A DNA stretch of 64,000 nucleotides. Source: Octopus sinensis. Lineage: Eukaryota. Position numbers and translations under genes: made by a program. The first letter of the stretch is position 1, and each line of letters opens with the position of its first letter. Location of the stretch: the NCBI RefSeq assembly GCF_006345805.1, contig NC_042999.1, positions 94,240,001 to 94,304,000 of the forward strand, read 5' to 3'. Positions 1 to 12,260 of the stretch are shown in pieces. Below the pieces are notes generated by a model. The model ran no database searches and was not told the DNA's origin. It was given only the letters and a program-made list of their open reading frames with translations.

Positions 1-36
<36 letters not shown>

Positions 37-50
37 ACAACAACAACAAG
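1..50 (+). repeat. (CTA)n(CAA)n microsatellite
   Basis: Direct trinucleotide repeats at the window start. Confidence 0.95.
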
Positions 51-59
51 AACCATTGT

Positions 60-790
60 ATGATAAAGCCAGAAGATACTAACCAGTGATGGCAAAGGGC
101 TTTGTTTACATCGTCATTATTAGCTCTCTCTCTGGATATTTGCTATTGAGAGGGTTTTCTTGCTATTTCCCAGTAAGAATATGTAAGGTAACAGTTTTAA
201 CACGGGTTTTCATACGCTTAGTTTTTTTCTGTGCTTGTTTCCAGTACGTCAAATTCTGGGATTTGTTGTATTTGGAATTCATAAAGATATATCTTTGCCT
301 GTTTTTTTACTGAGTATGATGTATTCTTGTTTACTCAGGTTAAGGCAAGTTTTAACATTCAGTCATCAGAGTTTTCCAGGTAGGTGTTTAGGCCAATTGT
401 GGCAATCTTCATTGACAATTCCAGTTGTAAAAGTCCACGGCCACTGTATTTTCTTAATAAGTGTAAAGTCGTTCTATATCTACCATAGAGTGGTGTATTT
501 TAAGCATTGTTAACAATTTTCTTTGTTTTGTTTTTTTTTTGTCAAGATTACAGATTTCAGTAATTGACCAGTTAATATTGAAACTTTAAGTCCCGGTCGG
601 TATGTCTAAATATTGATCGCTTCATGCATTCACCTCTGTAATGAAAATTGCCCTTATCTTGCGATATCATTCTTTTCTGATCTTTTCGCTCATCATTGAA
701 CATTTGATTCTATGATCTTCAAATACCCCTAGGTATATGTAGCTCTCTGCTGGTTCTAACTATTTTATTTGACATTCTGCTTGTCAAAAT
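60..790 (-). mobile_element. Decayed R4/Dong-type (RLE) non-LTR retrotransposon fragment, RT C-terminal/thumb region
   Basis: Minus-strand translation across frameshifts gives ESYIYLGVFEDHRIKCSMMSEKIRKE, WSITEICNLD..RKLLTMLKIHHSMVDIERLY and GRGLLQLELSMKIATIGLNTYL, typical of the post-RT region of R4/Dong-like elements. Confidence 0.7.
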
Positions 791-810
791 TATTATTATT
801 ATTATTATTA

Positions 811-874
<64 letters not shown>
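791..874 (+). repeat. (ATT)n microsatellite; (TAA)n tail or target of the adjacent minus-strand LINE
   Basis: About 28 ATT units between two R4/Dong-type pieces. Confidence 0.9.
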
Positions 875-875
<1 letters not shown>

Positions 876-3680
876 GAGGTAATTCTAATTTGATTATCAG
901 GAATTTTGTTATAAAATTTGGTGGACAACACGTCTTCTCATTTCACAATTGATATTTGTCAAACGTTTCCTTTTCTTTCATAGCAATTGGATAATCTCTT
1001 GGCATTGCTTAGCTAATTATTGGGCACTCAGGTTGTCCCTCTTAAAGACAATTATATGCAGTCTTCGGTATAATAATATCTTGTCATACTGGAAGTCTAA
1101 GTCCCAAGGTAACTTTACTTTCCTATTTTCGTCCATTATCTTTTCTGTTTTATGTTGGTAACAAGCAGCCGTTAACTCATACCCATACTTCCAGCACAAT
1201 ATCCAATGAGGGTTATGGGCTAACTTGTCATGACTGCGCTTGTGCTCTTTCTGTGCAAGTCTTTCACAACCGCTAAAGACTTTCCCCTTTGATCATACAC
1301 ATTGTGCACAGTATCGTTGCACTTGTTTGGTATATATCACTTTTCACTGATTTGGTATACCATGCCTGCTGCTGGGTCGCGGAAATGAGGCTTTCATCCC
1401 ACTGTTTAAGGCCATATTTGCTGATCCACATCCATTATGCTTTCTGGTCTTTTAAATAGTTAACTGACCAATCCGCGATGGGACTGATCATGAGGTAACA
1501 TTCGGAATAGTGTTTTTACTTAGTTCCTACTCGATGATGACTCGCGAACGGAAGTCATTAGCTTTCTCAAGTGCATTATTGGTAAATCCTTTCCACTTTG
1601 GCAACATAATGTAATGGATCTTATTACTAAACACTACGTCAAGTTTCTTCTTTCACTGTCAAATGAGTCGTGTAGGACTATCAGGCCGCGTGCATCTTTA
1701 CCCCTCTTCCTCTGTAGTCTGTGTAAATTCGCTTTATGGTAGAAGCACCATACATTGTAGTCTTTCGCGTAGTGCCATTGCGTTGGTCACTCTCTGCTCC
1801 GCTAATTTCAGAACGGGTGCACTATAGTAAACTATACCAACAGGTGATATGTTGATGGTGGTTACAAGGTTCCTTGCACTGATTTGGGACTTCAAGAGAA
1901 GCCTGTGGTGATTGAAGCATTTAGCGGTGACCACGTCGTTTAGTTATCTGTGCAAGATGAATAGTCCAACACCAGGTTCCCAAGGCATTCTACCCAACAT
2001 CATCTGGTCTCACATTCGCTCTTTCTTTGGCAATTCTATGCTCCTGAAATCTACTCTTTCCTCGTGTTTCTAAGTGAGCTTAAAGTACTTTGAGATCCTG
2101 AATTCCTTTCCTACATTCGTAGTGCATATCTCTATAGTCTCGCCATCCCAGCTCCTGTTCCTAAATTGCCTGTAAAAATGAATGTGCTCGAGGCGAGGTC
2201 TATTCCTCCTCAGCTCATAGGGTGCGTTGAGTTTGAGCGGAATTAAAGAAACTTGGAATCAAGGCTATAACGAATACCAAAGGTGAACAAGAATCTCCCA
2301 GGAAGATTACACTGTTGATTGTTACCTCCGTTAAGTGCTAGATGTTAGAGGAAATCGTATTTTCCAACTAGGTTTGCTGACATTGATTAGTGCACGCACA
2401 TTCTCAGCTAACCCACACACGTCGAGTGTTTACAATCCAGGAATTCGGAAACATGACATACGTCATTTTAAAGTCTATACATGCCATGCACAATTTTTTT
2501 AGTAACGTTTGCAGTTCTCCATTACATCCTTGAATCATTTGTTCTACCGGAAGTACATTGGTTTGCTCAAGGAACGTATATATTTTCTTTGCGAGGATGT
2601 GTCGGTAATTGCCAACCACATTGCCCCTTGGTCGATCTTTCATCGACAAAATTTTTCTTTTCTTTCTACTCTCCGTTACGGAACCGCACCATTCTGTAGG
2701 CAATCGTTTAATTGCAAACCAGTTTTTTCTTGTGTTGCATTCAAACACTTGGACCAGCCTTTGATTACAACTGGCCTTACTGTTCTCCAGTGAGGCAGTT
2801 TCGATAACTGCAATTGCATCTTCCATTATTATGCGTAGATGATCCTGCCCTGGACCTTCAGCGTGACGGAGTCCGGTTCCCATGGAATGAATCCACTCAA
2901 CACTGTGGTTATGGGAAACCTAATGCTCAAGTATGTTCAGAATGTATGTTATCTTTTGTATTTCCGTCCAAGCTCTTAAAAATCTGCCTCTGTTCATTTG
3001 TAAATAGCTTGCTGTGACAGAACTGCGATGCATTGATTGAAGGCTTCAGTAATAGTTTTGAACCCATTCCTTTCTATATGGTATTTCAGTTCGAGATATG
3101 CCTTCACATTTTCTTTAATATGTTTCCATTCTTTTATGGGATTCAGGTCTGTATGCAAGGTTTTAATATCACCGATTGGCCGTTTCCATCATTGCTCCTT
3201 CTGTTCCCCTGCTTTCCTCTCTTTTATTTTTTTAAACCTGTTCCGCAACTATAATTGAAGCGAATATAATCAAATCTCTTGTTTCCGATACATCTTTCAT
3301 TGGGATATAATTTAAAGTTCTATCAATGTATTGGATAGCTCGCTTCACATTGTCACGGTCGAAGCATCTCAAATTCATGGTTCTTGTAGTGTTTATTGAT
3401 TCGAGTTTTATCATTAAGTTGCTCAGTCACTTTCTGGTAATACAGGGTCTCCAACATCATACTGTATCCGTTCCATTCACCCACACGAGTCCCTCTTCTT
3501 TACTACACATACGCCTTGCATTTTTATTAGCTCACCTTCACCTACATTATTCTGAATGAGTTTAACATCACCACACAAGTTTTCTCTGATTGCCTGAATT
3601 TGGGTTTCATTAAGAAAGTCTCTATTCCGAAACATTCTTATCTTATTGGTGAGGACATTTTCATTAATCTTAAACATATA
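875..3680 (-). mobile_element. Decayed, near full-ORF R4/Dong-type RLE LINE (N-terminal region, RT, zinc knuckle, restriction-like endonuclease)
   Basis: Collinear motifs on the minus strand: N-terminal MFKINENVLTNKIR and IPMKDVSETRDLIIFASIIVAE; RT VGNYRHILAKKIYTFLEQTNVLPVEQ, MACIDFKMTYVMFPNSWIV, IFLGDSCSP; post-RT LLLKSQISARNLVTTINI; knuckle SGCERLAQKEHKRSHDKLAH; RLE VKLPWDLDFQYDKILLYRRLHIIVFK. Many stops and frameshifts. Confidence 0.8.
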
Positions 3681-3842
3681 GGCGCAGGAGTGGCTGTGTG
3701 GTAAGTAGCTTGCTAACCAACCTCATGGTTCCGGGTTCAGTCCCACTGCGTGGCATCTTGGGCAAGTGTCTTCTGCTATAGTCCCGGGCCGACCAATGCC
3801 TTGTGAGTGGATTTGGTAGACGGAAACTGAAAGAAGCCTGTC

Positions 3843-3888
<46 letters not shown>

Positions 3889-4099
3889 TTGTGTGTCTGT
3901 GTTTGTCCCCCTAGCATTGCTTGACAACCGATGCTGGTGTGTTTACGTCCCCGTCACTTAGCGGTTCGGCAAAAATAGATCGATAGAATAAGTAGTGGGC
4001 TTACAAAGAATAAGTCCCGGGGTCGATTTGCTCGACTAAAGGCGGTGCTCCAGCATGGCCGCAGTCAAATGACTGAAACAAGTAAAAGAGTAAAAGAGT
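3681..4099 (+). mobile_element. tRNA-derived SINE (family A, my label), full length, with internal (TA)n(TG)n tract
   Basis: Head GGCGCAGGAGTGGCTGTGTGGTAAG (A-box-like) and GGTTCAGTCCC (B-box-like), internal microsatellite, 3' (AAAAGAGT)n tail. Related copies at 5763, 40705 and 59285. Confidence 0.85.
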
Positions 4100-4100
4100 A

Positions 4101-4369
4101 TACTTGGCTGGTACCCAACATACTACTTTTCTGACAGTGTTACGTTTGACATTACTCATGTCCAGCAAAGCTTGTTCATGACAGTTCCTTTTTGTTTACA
4201 TCGGCAGGCCACTTGCCCTTGCAAGCACGTTGTGCATTTTAACAAGTAGCTGGAACACGGCCAGCTGGAGCCTGTTCTTCAGTTCCATTACCCTCTTAGA
4301 GACACCTGTCGAGGATAGTAGCTCGTTGTATTGAACACATAGGTTAGTCTTCAAATTGATACCTTTGTC
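4101..4369 (-). mobile_element. Probable 5' continuation of the 875-3680 LINE beyond the SINE insertion
   Basis: Removing the SINE joins ...AAG TAT ATG TTT AAG in frame with MFKINEN; an adjacent frame reads CWT*VM..LSEK*YVGYQ, like an R4 N-terminus. Similarity is weak. Confidence 0.35.
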
Positions 4370-5637
4370 TGAGGGGCGTTCAATAAGTAATGCCCCTGAC
4401 CCACTTCCCATAGCAGTAGAGCAAAGACACTTGGCACAGCTATTAGTCTTTTCCTACATAGAAACTACCCAGAGTTATGCATTTCTCCCATCGTTTGATA
4501 CAGCTCTGGAGACCGTTTTTGTAGAAGACCGCAGCTTGGTCCTCCAACCACGACGTGACTTCAGAAATCAAGGCTGCATCATCTGGGAAACGCTTTCCTT
4601 TCAAAATCAACTTCATGGCTGGGAAGAGGTGAAAATCAGAGGGTGCAAGGGGAGGAGTTCATAGCTGCACGCCTGTGCTTCTGATCTGGCGACACGCGAG
4701 TTTTGAACCGGAGCGTTGTCCTGCAGGAGGAGGATGCCTTTGCTGATCTTGCCCCGCCTCTTGATCTTGATAGCTTCTCTTAATTTCCTCAAAAGTTAAG
4801 CATAATAGGCTCCTGTAATTGTGGTACCCTTTGCCAGGAAATCTGTCATCACTACTCCGTCCTGGTCCCAAAAGACTGTGAGCATAACATTGTCAGCGGA
4901 GGGCTGCCCCCTTGCCTTCTTTGGAGGAGGTGAGTCACGGTGCTTTCACTGCATTGACTGGGCTTTGGTCTATGGATCATAGTGATGGACCCAGGTTTTA
5001 TCCTGTGTGATCAGTCTTTTGAAAAATTTTGACTCATCTTCTTGGCACATCTCCAAATTCATCCTCGAGCACTCAACGCGTTCTTGCTTCTGGAAAGGTG
5101 TGAGCAACCTGGAAATCCATCTGGCAGACACTTTTGCATATGCAAATGGTCATGAATGATAGTTTCCACAGACCCGGTACTAATCTTGACCTTATGGGCT
5201 ATTTGGCGAATAGTTATGCGTTGACCTTCCAAAATGGCAGCCTCAACTTGACGGACAGACGTCTCATCAACGGCAGAAGGGGGCGACCAGATCTGGGAGC
5301 TGTTTCCACAGAGTTCCGACTATGTTGAATTCACAATGCCAGCGTTTTACAAGGTCATATGATGGGGCATCATCACCATAAGTTACTTTCATTTCATCAA
5401 AAGTCTCCCGTGGTGTGCGTCCTTTCAAATCCAAAAACCGGATCACTGCTCGACACTCAACAGGCTCTATTTCACACTTGACTCAGTTCAAACACCTGTA
5501 AATCAGAAACCACAATTAGTTCAGAGCTGTAATTCGCCACTTACTCTATAGAGGTATAAATAAGTGCACATGCAAAATTTCAGCTAGATCAAATAATTGC
5601 AAGTGGGACAGGGGCATTACTTATTGAACGCCCCTCG
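4370..5637 (-). mobile_element. Full-length mariner (Tc1/mariner, DD34D-type) DNA transposon, non-functional
   Basis: 37-bp TIRs: 4370-4406 TGAGGGGCGTTCAATAAGTAATGCCCCTGACCCACTT and the reverse complement of 5601-5637 CGAGGGGCGTTCAATAAGTAATGCCCCTGTCCCACTT; TA at 5638-5639 (left TSD decayed to TC); length about 1.27 kb. Confidence 0.93.
4443..5480 (-). pseudogene. Mariner transposase pseudogene
   Basis: ECRAVIRFLDLKG (HTH region), SARW..RLLT, ITQDKTWVHHYDPETKAQSMQ*KH, VFWDQDG, LLLQDNAP, LAPSDFHLF..LKGKRF, KRWEKCI..G.YV. Contains a premature TGA, frameshifts and a deletion of the HPPYSPD motif. Confidence 0.9.
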
Positions 5638-5762
5638 TACCATCGTGCGTTTTCTATATTTCTATATTTATATACATATATGCAAACGTGTGTGTATGGT
5701 GGTGTATTTATATGCATATGTATATACATATATGTACACATACACACACACACATATAAATA

Positions 5763-5906
5763 GGTACAGGAGTGGCTTACCTACCACATAGCTCCGGGTT
5801 CAGTGCCACTGCGTGGCACCTTGCGCAAGTGTCTCCTACTATAGCCTTATGGCCTACCAAAGTCTTGTAAATGGACTTGGTGAACGGAAACTAAAAGGAG
5901 CCAGTC

Positions 5907-6000
<94 letters not shown>
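5763..6000 (+). mobile_element. SINE family A, 5' half ending in its (TA)n(TG)n tract
   Basis: Similar to 3681-3900 (CCGGGTTCAGTGCCACTGCGTGGCACCTTG...GGAAACTAAAAGGAGCCAGTCGTATATA). Confidence 0.75.
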
Positions 6001-6002
<2 letters not shown>

Positions 6003-8859
6003 TCATATCATATATTGTAGTATATATATCCTCGCATAATTTAATTATTCTGTATTGTTAAAATCTGTCTGATGAATGGCCAGGTGAATCTCAAAAAATC
6101 AATTAGTTAACATTTGTTTCTCCAGGCGTAGCAAAATAGTATATATACATTCTGCGCATGCACGCGTGTGCGCGTGCGCACGAGTGAGAGAGAGAGTATT
6201 CCGCAATAATATTCCACTAACAACGTGTTGGTGAACATGAATCCATCCTAGAATACATATGCCCAAATTGAATGACCAGCGTCATTCATCCTTATTGGAG
6301 GCACATATCTGGAACGGAAAATGATAAGCAAAACCTCTATGATTACGACTTCGAATGGAGTTCATATTTATATTTTCGATTACTTTACTGATTGATGTGA
6401 TAAATGGAGTGTATCTGCAGTCCCAACCTAAATCGCCGTCGTCGTATTTCTCCTCCACCTCATGCTTCTCCATTTCCTCCTCCCATTCCACCCCCTCCTC
6501 CTCATCACCCCCACCATCGCCACCACAGCCATCATTATCATCATCAATATTTCCTTCAACAGCGTACGAAAACAGTATTACTATAGCGACAATAGTAATT
6601 GCATGAGAAGAATCCTTTTTTTTTTTCACAGTTTTCACTTTAAATAAACATTTACATTGGTGTCAGTGGTTGGTTAATTACATTGATCCTTCTCCTGTGT
6701 ACACAGTGATACTATCTAGAATGTTTTCGACATTGTGATACAATATCACCCCAGTTAATAGACAAGAATAGAAATAATTTTGTTCTACAATGTTAATTAA
6801 AATGTCGATTTTAGTAAAATATTATCTGAGGTTAACATTAAAAACTGATTTTTAATGCGTCTTCTCTAAAAGACAAAACGCAAAAACATAAATTTTCAGG
6901 TGAAAATATTAATAAATTAAATGGATTTTTTGCGATAAATATACAAAAAATATTTCATATTGAATCTAGTTATGGGAAAATATTATTTTCAAATTGAAAT
7001 TTTAAATTAATTGCTTTTGTAACTTGTAAAAACTTGATTGTGCACCTAAATTGTAATGGATTTCTATGTTTTTTTTAAAAATCAAATAAACATTAGGTTA
7101 CATTCGGCCAATAAACTGTTGCATATGTTACGCGTGAAACATTGTTATGAATTGCATAGCGCAATTGCATGTATTTACACACATACACATATATGTCTGT
7201 CCCTCTCGTGTGTGTGTACGAGTGCATGTATTAGAATGAGCGCACACATAACATTTAATCTGTTTCAACACACGAATTCACATAATGAAACTTGTAAACC
7301 ATTATCCAAAAGCAATATATATATATATACATACATGCATGCATATGTATGTATATATATATATATGTATGTATATATATATATATATATAATATATATA
7401 TATATTATATATATGTGTGTGTGTGTGTGTGGTGTGTGTGTGTGCGTGTGTGGTGTGTGTGTGTGTGTGTGTGTGCGTGTGTGTGTGTGTGTGTGTGTTC
7501 ATATCATATATTGTAGTATATATATCTCGCATAATTTAATTATTCTGTATTGTTAAAATCTGTCTGATGAATGGCCAGGTGAATCTCAAAAAATCAATTA
7601 GTTAACATTTGTTTCTCCAGGCGTAGCAAAATAGTATATATACATCTGCGCATGCACGCGTGTGCGCGTGCGCACGAGTGAGAGAGAGAGTATTCCGCAA
7701 TAATATTCCACTAACACGTGTTGGTGAACATGAATCCATCCTAGAATACATATGCCCAAATTGAATGACCAGCGTCATTCATCCTTATTGGAGGCACATA
7801 TCTGGAACGGAAAATGATAAGCAAAACCTCTATGATTACGACTTCGAATGGAGTTCATATTTATATTTTCGATTACTTTACTGATTGATGTGATAAATGG
7901 AGTGTATCTGCAGTCCCAACCTAAATCGCCGTCGTCGTATTTCTCCTCCACCTCATGCTTCTCCATTTCCTCCTCCCATTCCACCCCCTCCTCCTCATCA
8001 CCCCCACCATCGCCACCACAGCCATCATTATCATCATCAATATTTCCTTCAACAGCGTACGAAAACAGTATTACTATAGCGACAATAGTAATTGCATGAG
8101 AAGAATACTTTTTTTTTTTCACAGTTTTCACTTTAAATAAACATTTACATTGGTGTCAGTGGTTGGTTAATTACATTGATCCTTCTCTGTGTACACAGTG
8201 ATACTATCTAGAATGTTTTCGACATTGTGATACAATATCACCCCAGTTAATAGACAAGAATAGAAATAATTTTGTTCTACAATGTTAATTAAAATGTCGA
8301 TTTTAGTAAAATATTATCTGAGGTTAACATTAAAAACTGATTTTTAATGCGTTTTCTCTAAAAGACAAAACGCAAAAACATAAATTTTCAGGTGAAAATA
8401 TTAATAAATTAAATGGATTTTTTGCGATAAATATACAAAAAATATTTCATATTGAATCTAGTTATGGGAAAATATTATTTTCAAATTGAAATTTTAAATT
8501 AATTGCTTTTGTAACTTGTAAAAACTTGATTGTGCACCTAAATTGTAATGGATTTCTATGTTTTTTTTTAAAAATCAAATAAACATAGGTTACATTCGGC
8601 CAATAAACTGTTGCATATGTTACGCGTGAAACATTGTTATGAATTGCATAGCGCAATTGCATGTATTTACACACATACACATATATGTCTGTCCCTCTCG
8701 TGTGTGTGTACGAGTGCATGTATTAGAATGAGCGCACACATAAATTTTAATCTGTTTCAACACACGAATTCACATAATGAAACTTGTAAACCATTATCCA
8801 AAAGCAATATATATATATATATACATACATGCATGCATATGTATGTATATATATATATG

Positions 8860-8900
<41 letters not shown>
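5909..8900. repeat. Tandem duplication, 2 copies of a ~1.49-kb unit bounded by TA/TG microsatellites
   Basis: Unique sequence 6001-7330 recurs at 7497-8822 (offset 1496 falling to 1492); identical ORFs in the track at offset 1493. Confidence 0.95.
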
Positions 8901-8902
<2 letters not shown>

Positions 8903-8954
8903 TATATGTGTGTGTGTATGTATATGTGTATGTATATATATATATATATATATA

Positions 8955-9975
8955 CTTTGATAGGTTTCGGCCATTATTGGCCCAGGCCATGTCTAACTTA
9001 ATAGCACCACCTGGTGAAGTCTTTCAAGTCAGAATTTGGGCACTATGGCCCACTCAAGTAGAGAGTTATTGTTTACAGAGACATATCCGGGTGTAGGGGG
9101 TTTATCCGGGATTTCTTGAAGGAATCTGTCCAAAGACTTCTTGAACCCTATAGGGTCAGTTTCTGTTTTAATGTGTTTTGGTGTAATGTTAAAGAGTGCG
9201 GGGCCAATTGAGGTGAAATAATTGTGCCGTATTGTTGTTATGAGATGAGAGTGCGATTTTTGTTTTGGGCGGATGGCACGGGGCCCAAGCCTTGGATGTA
9301 CCCTGAAGGTGATGCCAACATCATTTGGGCAATGCTGATGGAATATTTTCCACATCATGCAGATGATGTAGCGCTCACGACGACGTTAGAGAGAATAAAG
9401 TTTTAGCTTTTCTAGTCGACCCCAATAGTCGAGGCCTGTCATGCCATCTATCTTTTTTGTGATTGCCCTTTGAGGTGCTTCAACTTTTATGATACCTTGT
9501 ATTGTGTGGGGAGACCACAGTGGACACAGTATTCAAGGTGGGGTCGGGCAAAAGTGGAGAAGAGAAGGATAATGGTGTGGATATCTCTCGACTGGAAAGT
9601 TCTGAGAATCCAGGAACACATTCTGCGGGCCATGTCAACTTTGGTGTTTATGTGAGTGGCCCAGCTTATGTTGTTGTCCACAATTACTCCCAAGTCTCTG
9701 ATGTTGTTGGATGCTGCGAGAGTTGCACCTGAAGGAAGGTAGTATGGGAGTTTCAGGGCATCCTCTTTTCCAAAGTGGATTAACTCAAATTTATCCTCGT
9801 TCAGCAGCATATTGTTTTTTTTCTGCCCATTGGATAACAGCCAGTAGATCTGACTGAAGGCATGTCCGGTCACTCGCCTCATTTATGACCTTCTGTAGCT
9901 TGGAATCATCCGCAAACATTTTTATGTTGCTGTGCTTGATGATGTCATTAATGTCATTAATGTAAATTAATGACA
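8955..9975 (-). mobile_element. 5'-truncated CR1-like LINE (RT C-terminal half and 3' UTR)
   Basis: [70 protein letters not shown], stop at 9029; flanked on both sides by (TA)n. Confidence 0.9.
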
Positions 9976-10066
9976 TATATATACATATGTGTATGTGTAT
10001 GTATATATATATATATATGTATACGTATGTGTATATATATATAATATATATACATAATATGTATAC

Positions 10067-10099
<33 letters not shown>

Positions 10100-10124
10100 T
10101 ATATATACATATATATATATATAC

Positions 10125-10178
<54 letters not shown>

Positions 10179-10528
10179 TTATATATATGTGTATGTATGT
10201 ATGTGTGTTTGCATATATATATATACACATATATACATACACATAGACATATGTATATATATACGTATATATACACATACGTATATATATATATATACAC
10301 ACATATATACATACACATACACATATGTATATATATACGTATATATACACATACGTATATATATATATATACATATATACACATACGTATATATATATAT
10401 ACATATATACACATACGTATATATGTATATACATATATATACACATACGTATACATATATATATTATATATATATATATTATACATATATATATACATAC
10501 GTATATATATATATATATATATAGTATG

Positions 10529-10559
<31 letters not shown>

Positions 10560-10780
10560 CACGTATGTGTATATATTATGTATATATATATATATGTATA
10601 CGTATGTGTATATATATGTATATACATATATACGTATGTGTATATATATATATATACGTATGTGTATACATATGTATATATATATATATACGTATGTGTA
10701 TATATACGTATATATATACATGTGTATGTGTATGTATATATGTATGTATATATATATATATATGCAAGCACACATACATA

Positions 10781-10828
<48 letters not shown>

Positions 10829-10936
10829 ATAAATATTAGGGAATAAATCCAAAGTTACAAAATAGTGGTTTTGTCTCGAATTATATTATATATATTATGT
10901 ATATATATATATATATATAATATATATATATATATC

Positions 10937-10971
<35 letters not shown>

Positions 10972-11035
10972 TACATATTCATAGATACATATGTATGCAT
11001 GTATGGTATGTATCTATCTATGCCTGTATGTATGT
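9976..11035. repeat. ~1-kb compound TA/TACA/TATG microsatellite with an internal inversion
   Basis: Low-complexity TA-rich tract with recurring ATACACATACGTAT units in both orientations. Confidence 0.95.
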
Positions 11036-12129
11036 CTTTTATTTGTTTCACTCATTAGACTGCGGCTATGCTGTGACACAGCCTTGAGGAATTTTAATCA
11101 AAGAATTGAACCCAGTATTTATTATCAATTTCTGTATATATGTGTGTGAGTGTGTGTTTGTGTGTACATGTATGTACGTATGTATATATGTAAGTATAGC
11201 TTCTCAGTGCAAATTACATAGCAATTCTCTCATATATTTTCACACAAACAATACATTGAATATTGTATGAAATTCCGCATATTTGATGTTGAATATTATA
11301 ATAAAAATAACTCAATAAATAAATAAGTCATCTCAGAAATATTGCTATTCTTCCGTGTCACTATGAACAAATCCTAGATATGTATCATACCTTATATATA
11401 TACATATGATAAACATAAGTGGTTAGTGAGATTGTTATACGGTTCGGTGTCTAAGTCGGAATCTCCAAAGCAGAGGCCACATATACGTAATGTTTCAATG
11501 TCATTGCTATCAACATTTTCCTCTTTTCAGTACTCGATCAATAGGACAAATAAAACAAACTATAACGGATTGCTGTTAAACTTTGATCTTCTTAAAAAAT
11601 ACTTCGAATTCTATAATTCATTTTCCTAGTTTAGTTCAGTAGCAACAATAAGATCTACAACAGAAACGGCAATTTCGATTTATATCTGACATTCGTGACC
11701 GAATGTCTGCCATCCCATGACTGCTGTCACATGCATTCTCTTGAGGTCTGGGCTACGGTTCCCGGTCCTGTCGTCGCAGCTGTAGTTTCTGCAATGATCA
11801 TATCATCGTCATTTACTGTGGCTGCTGACAGTACTACTTCTCTATTCAGCTGCAAGAATAATGCTTCGCCAACTCAATCTTGAAACACCGCAGTTCCACT
11901 AAATCATGTCAGGCAACAAGTAAACTCGTAAACTACTCATCCCTACAACTGCACTTCCAAAATCAATTATCTCAGGATAATCCATAAAAACCCACATTAG
12001 GATCTACACTCCGCTCATAAATAAAACAGAATTTCTAAGTATACCGCTACACTCCAGAAACATAAACATTAACCAAAACCAGTAACGAAGTATCTACAAA
12101 AATGATATCTTTATGTATTTTCTTCAAAA

Positions 12130-12260
12130 TACTTAGCGGTATTTCATCTGTCTTCACCTTCGTCCTAACGGGGTCGATATATTAAGTGGCAGTTAAGTAC
12201 TGGGGTCGATGTAATCGTCTTAACCTCTTTCCAAAATTGCTGGCATTGAAACCATTTTGT
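12130..12260 (+). mobile_element. Truncated SINE (family B-like)
   Basis: CTTAGCGGTATTTCATCTG...GGGGTCGAT...AGTACTGGGGTCGATGTAATCG resembles the body of the 17061 and 39012 copies. Confidence 0.55.

Noticed and set aside
3681-3760. tRNA-like A/B boxes in the SINE heads (also at 17061, 39012 and 61792)
   Set aside because: They do not fold into complete cloverleafs and continue into SINE bodies; not tRNA genes.
6282-6647. Acidic/Gly-rich and Ser/Pro-rich overlapping ORFs, repeated at 7775-8140
   Set aside because: Low-complexity CCT/CAT tract open in several frames, with no domain or convincing splice context; the repetition is due to the tandem duplication.
8955-9000. GGCC-AATAAT-GGCC-GAAAC at the CR1 3' end, resembling hammerhead stem II plus GAAA
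   Set aside because: No upstream CUGANGA core; more simply a LINE 3' stem-loop.
9791-10846. Long ORFs of up to 326 aa rich in Y/I/H/T/C/V (also at 7056, 8611, 27263, 31719, 44343 and 58366)
   Set aside because: Translations of TA/CA/TG microsatellites, which lack stops by composition; not genes.
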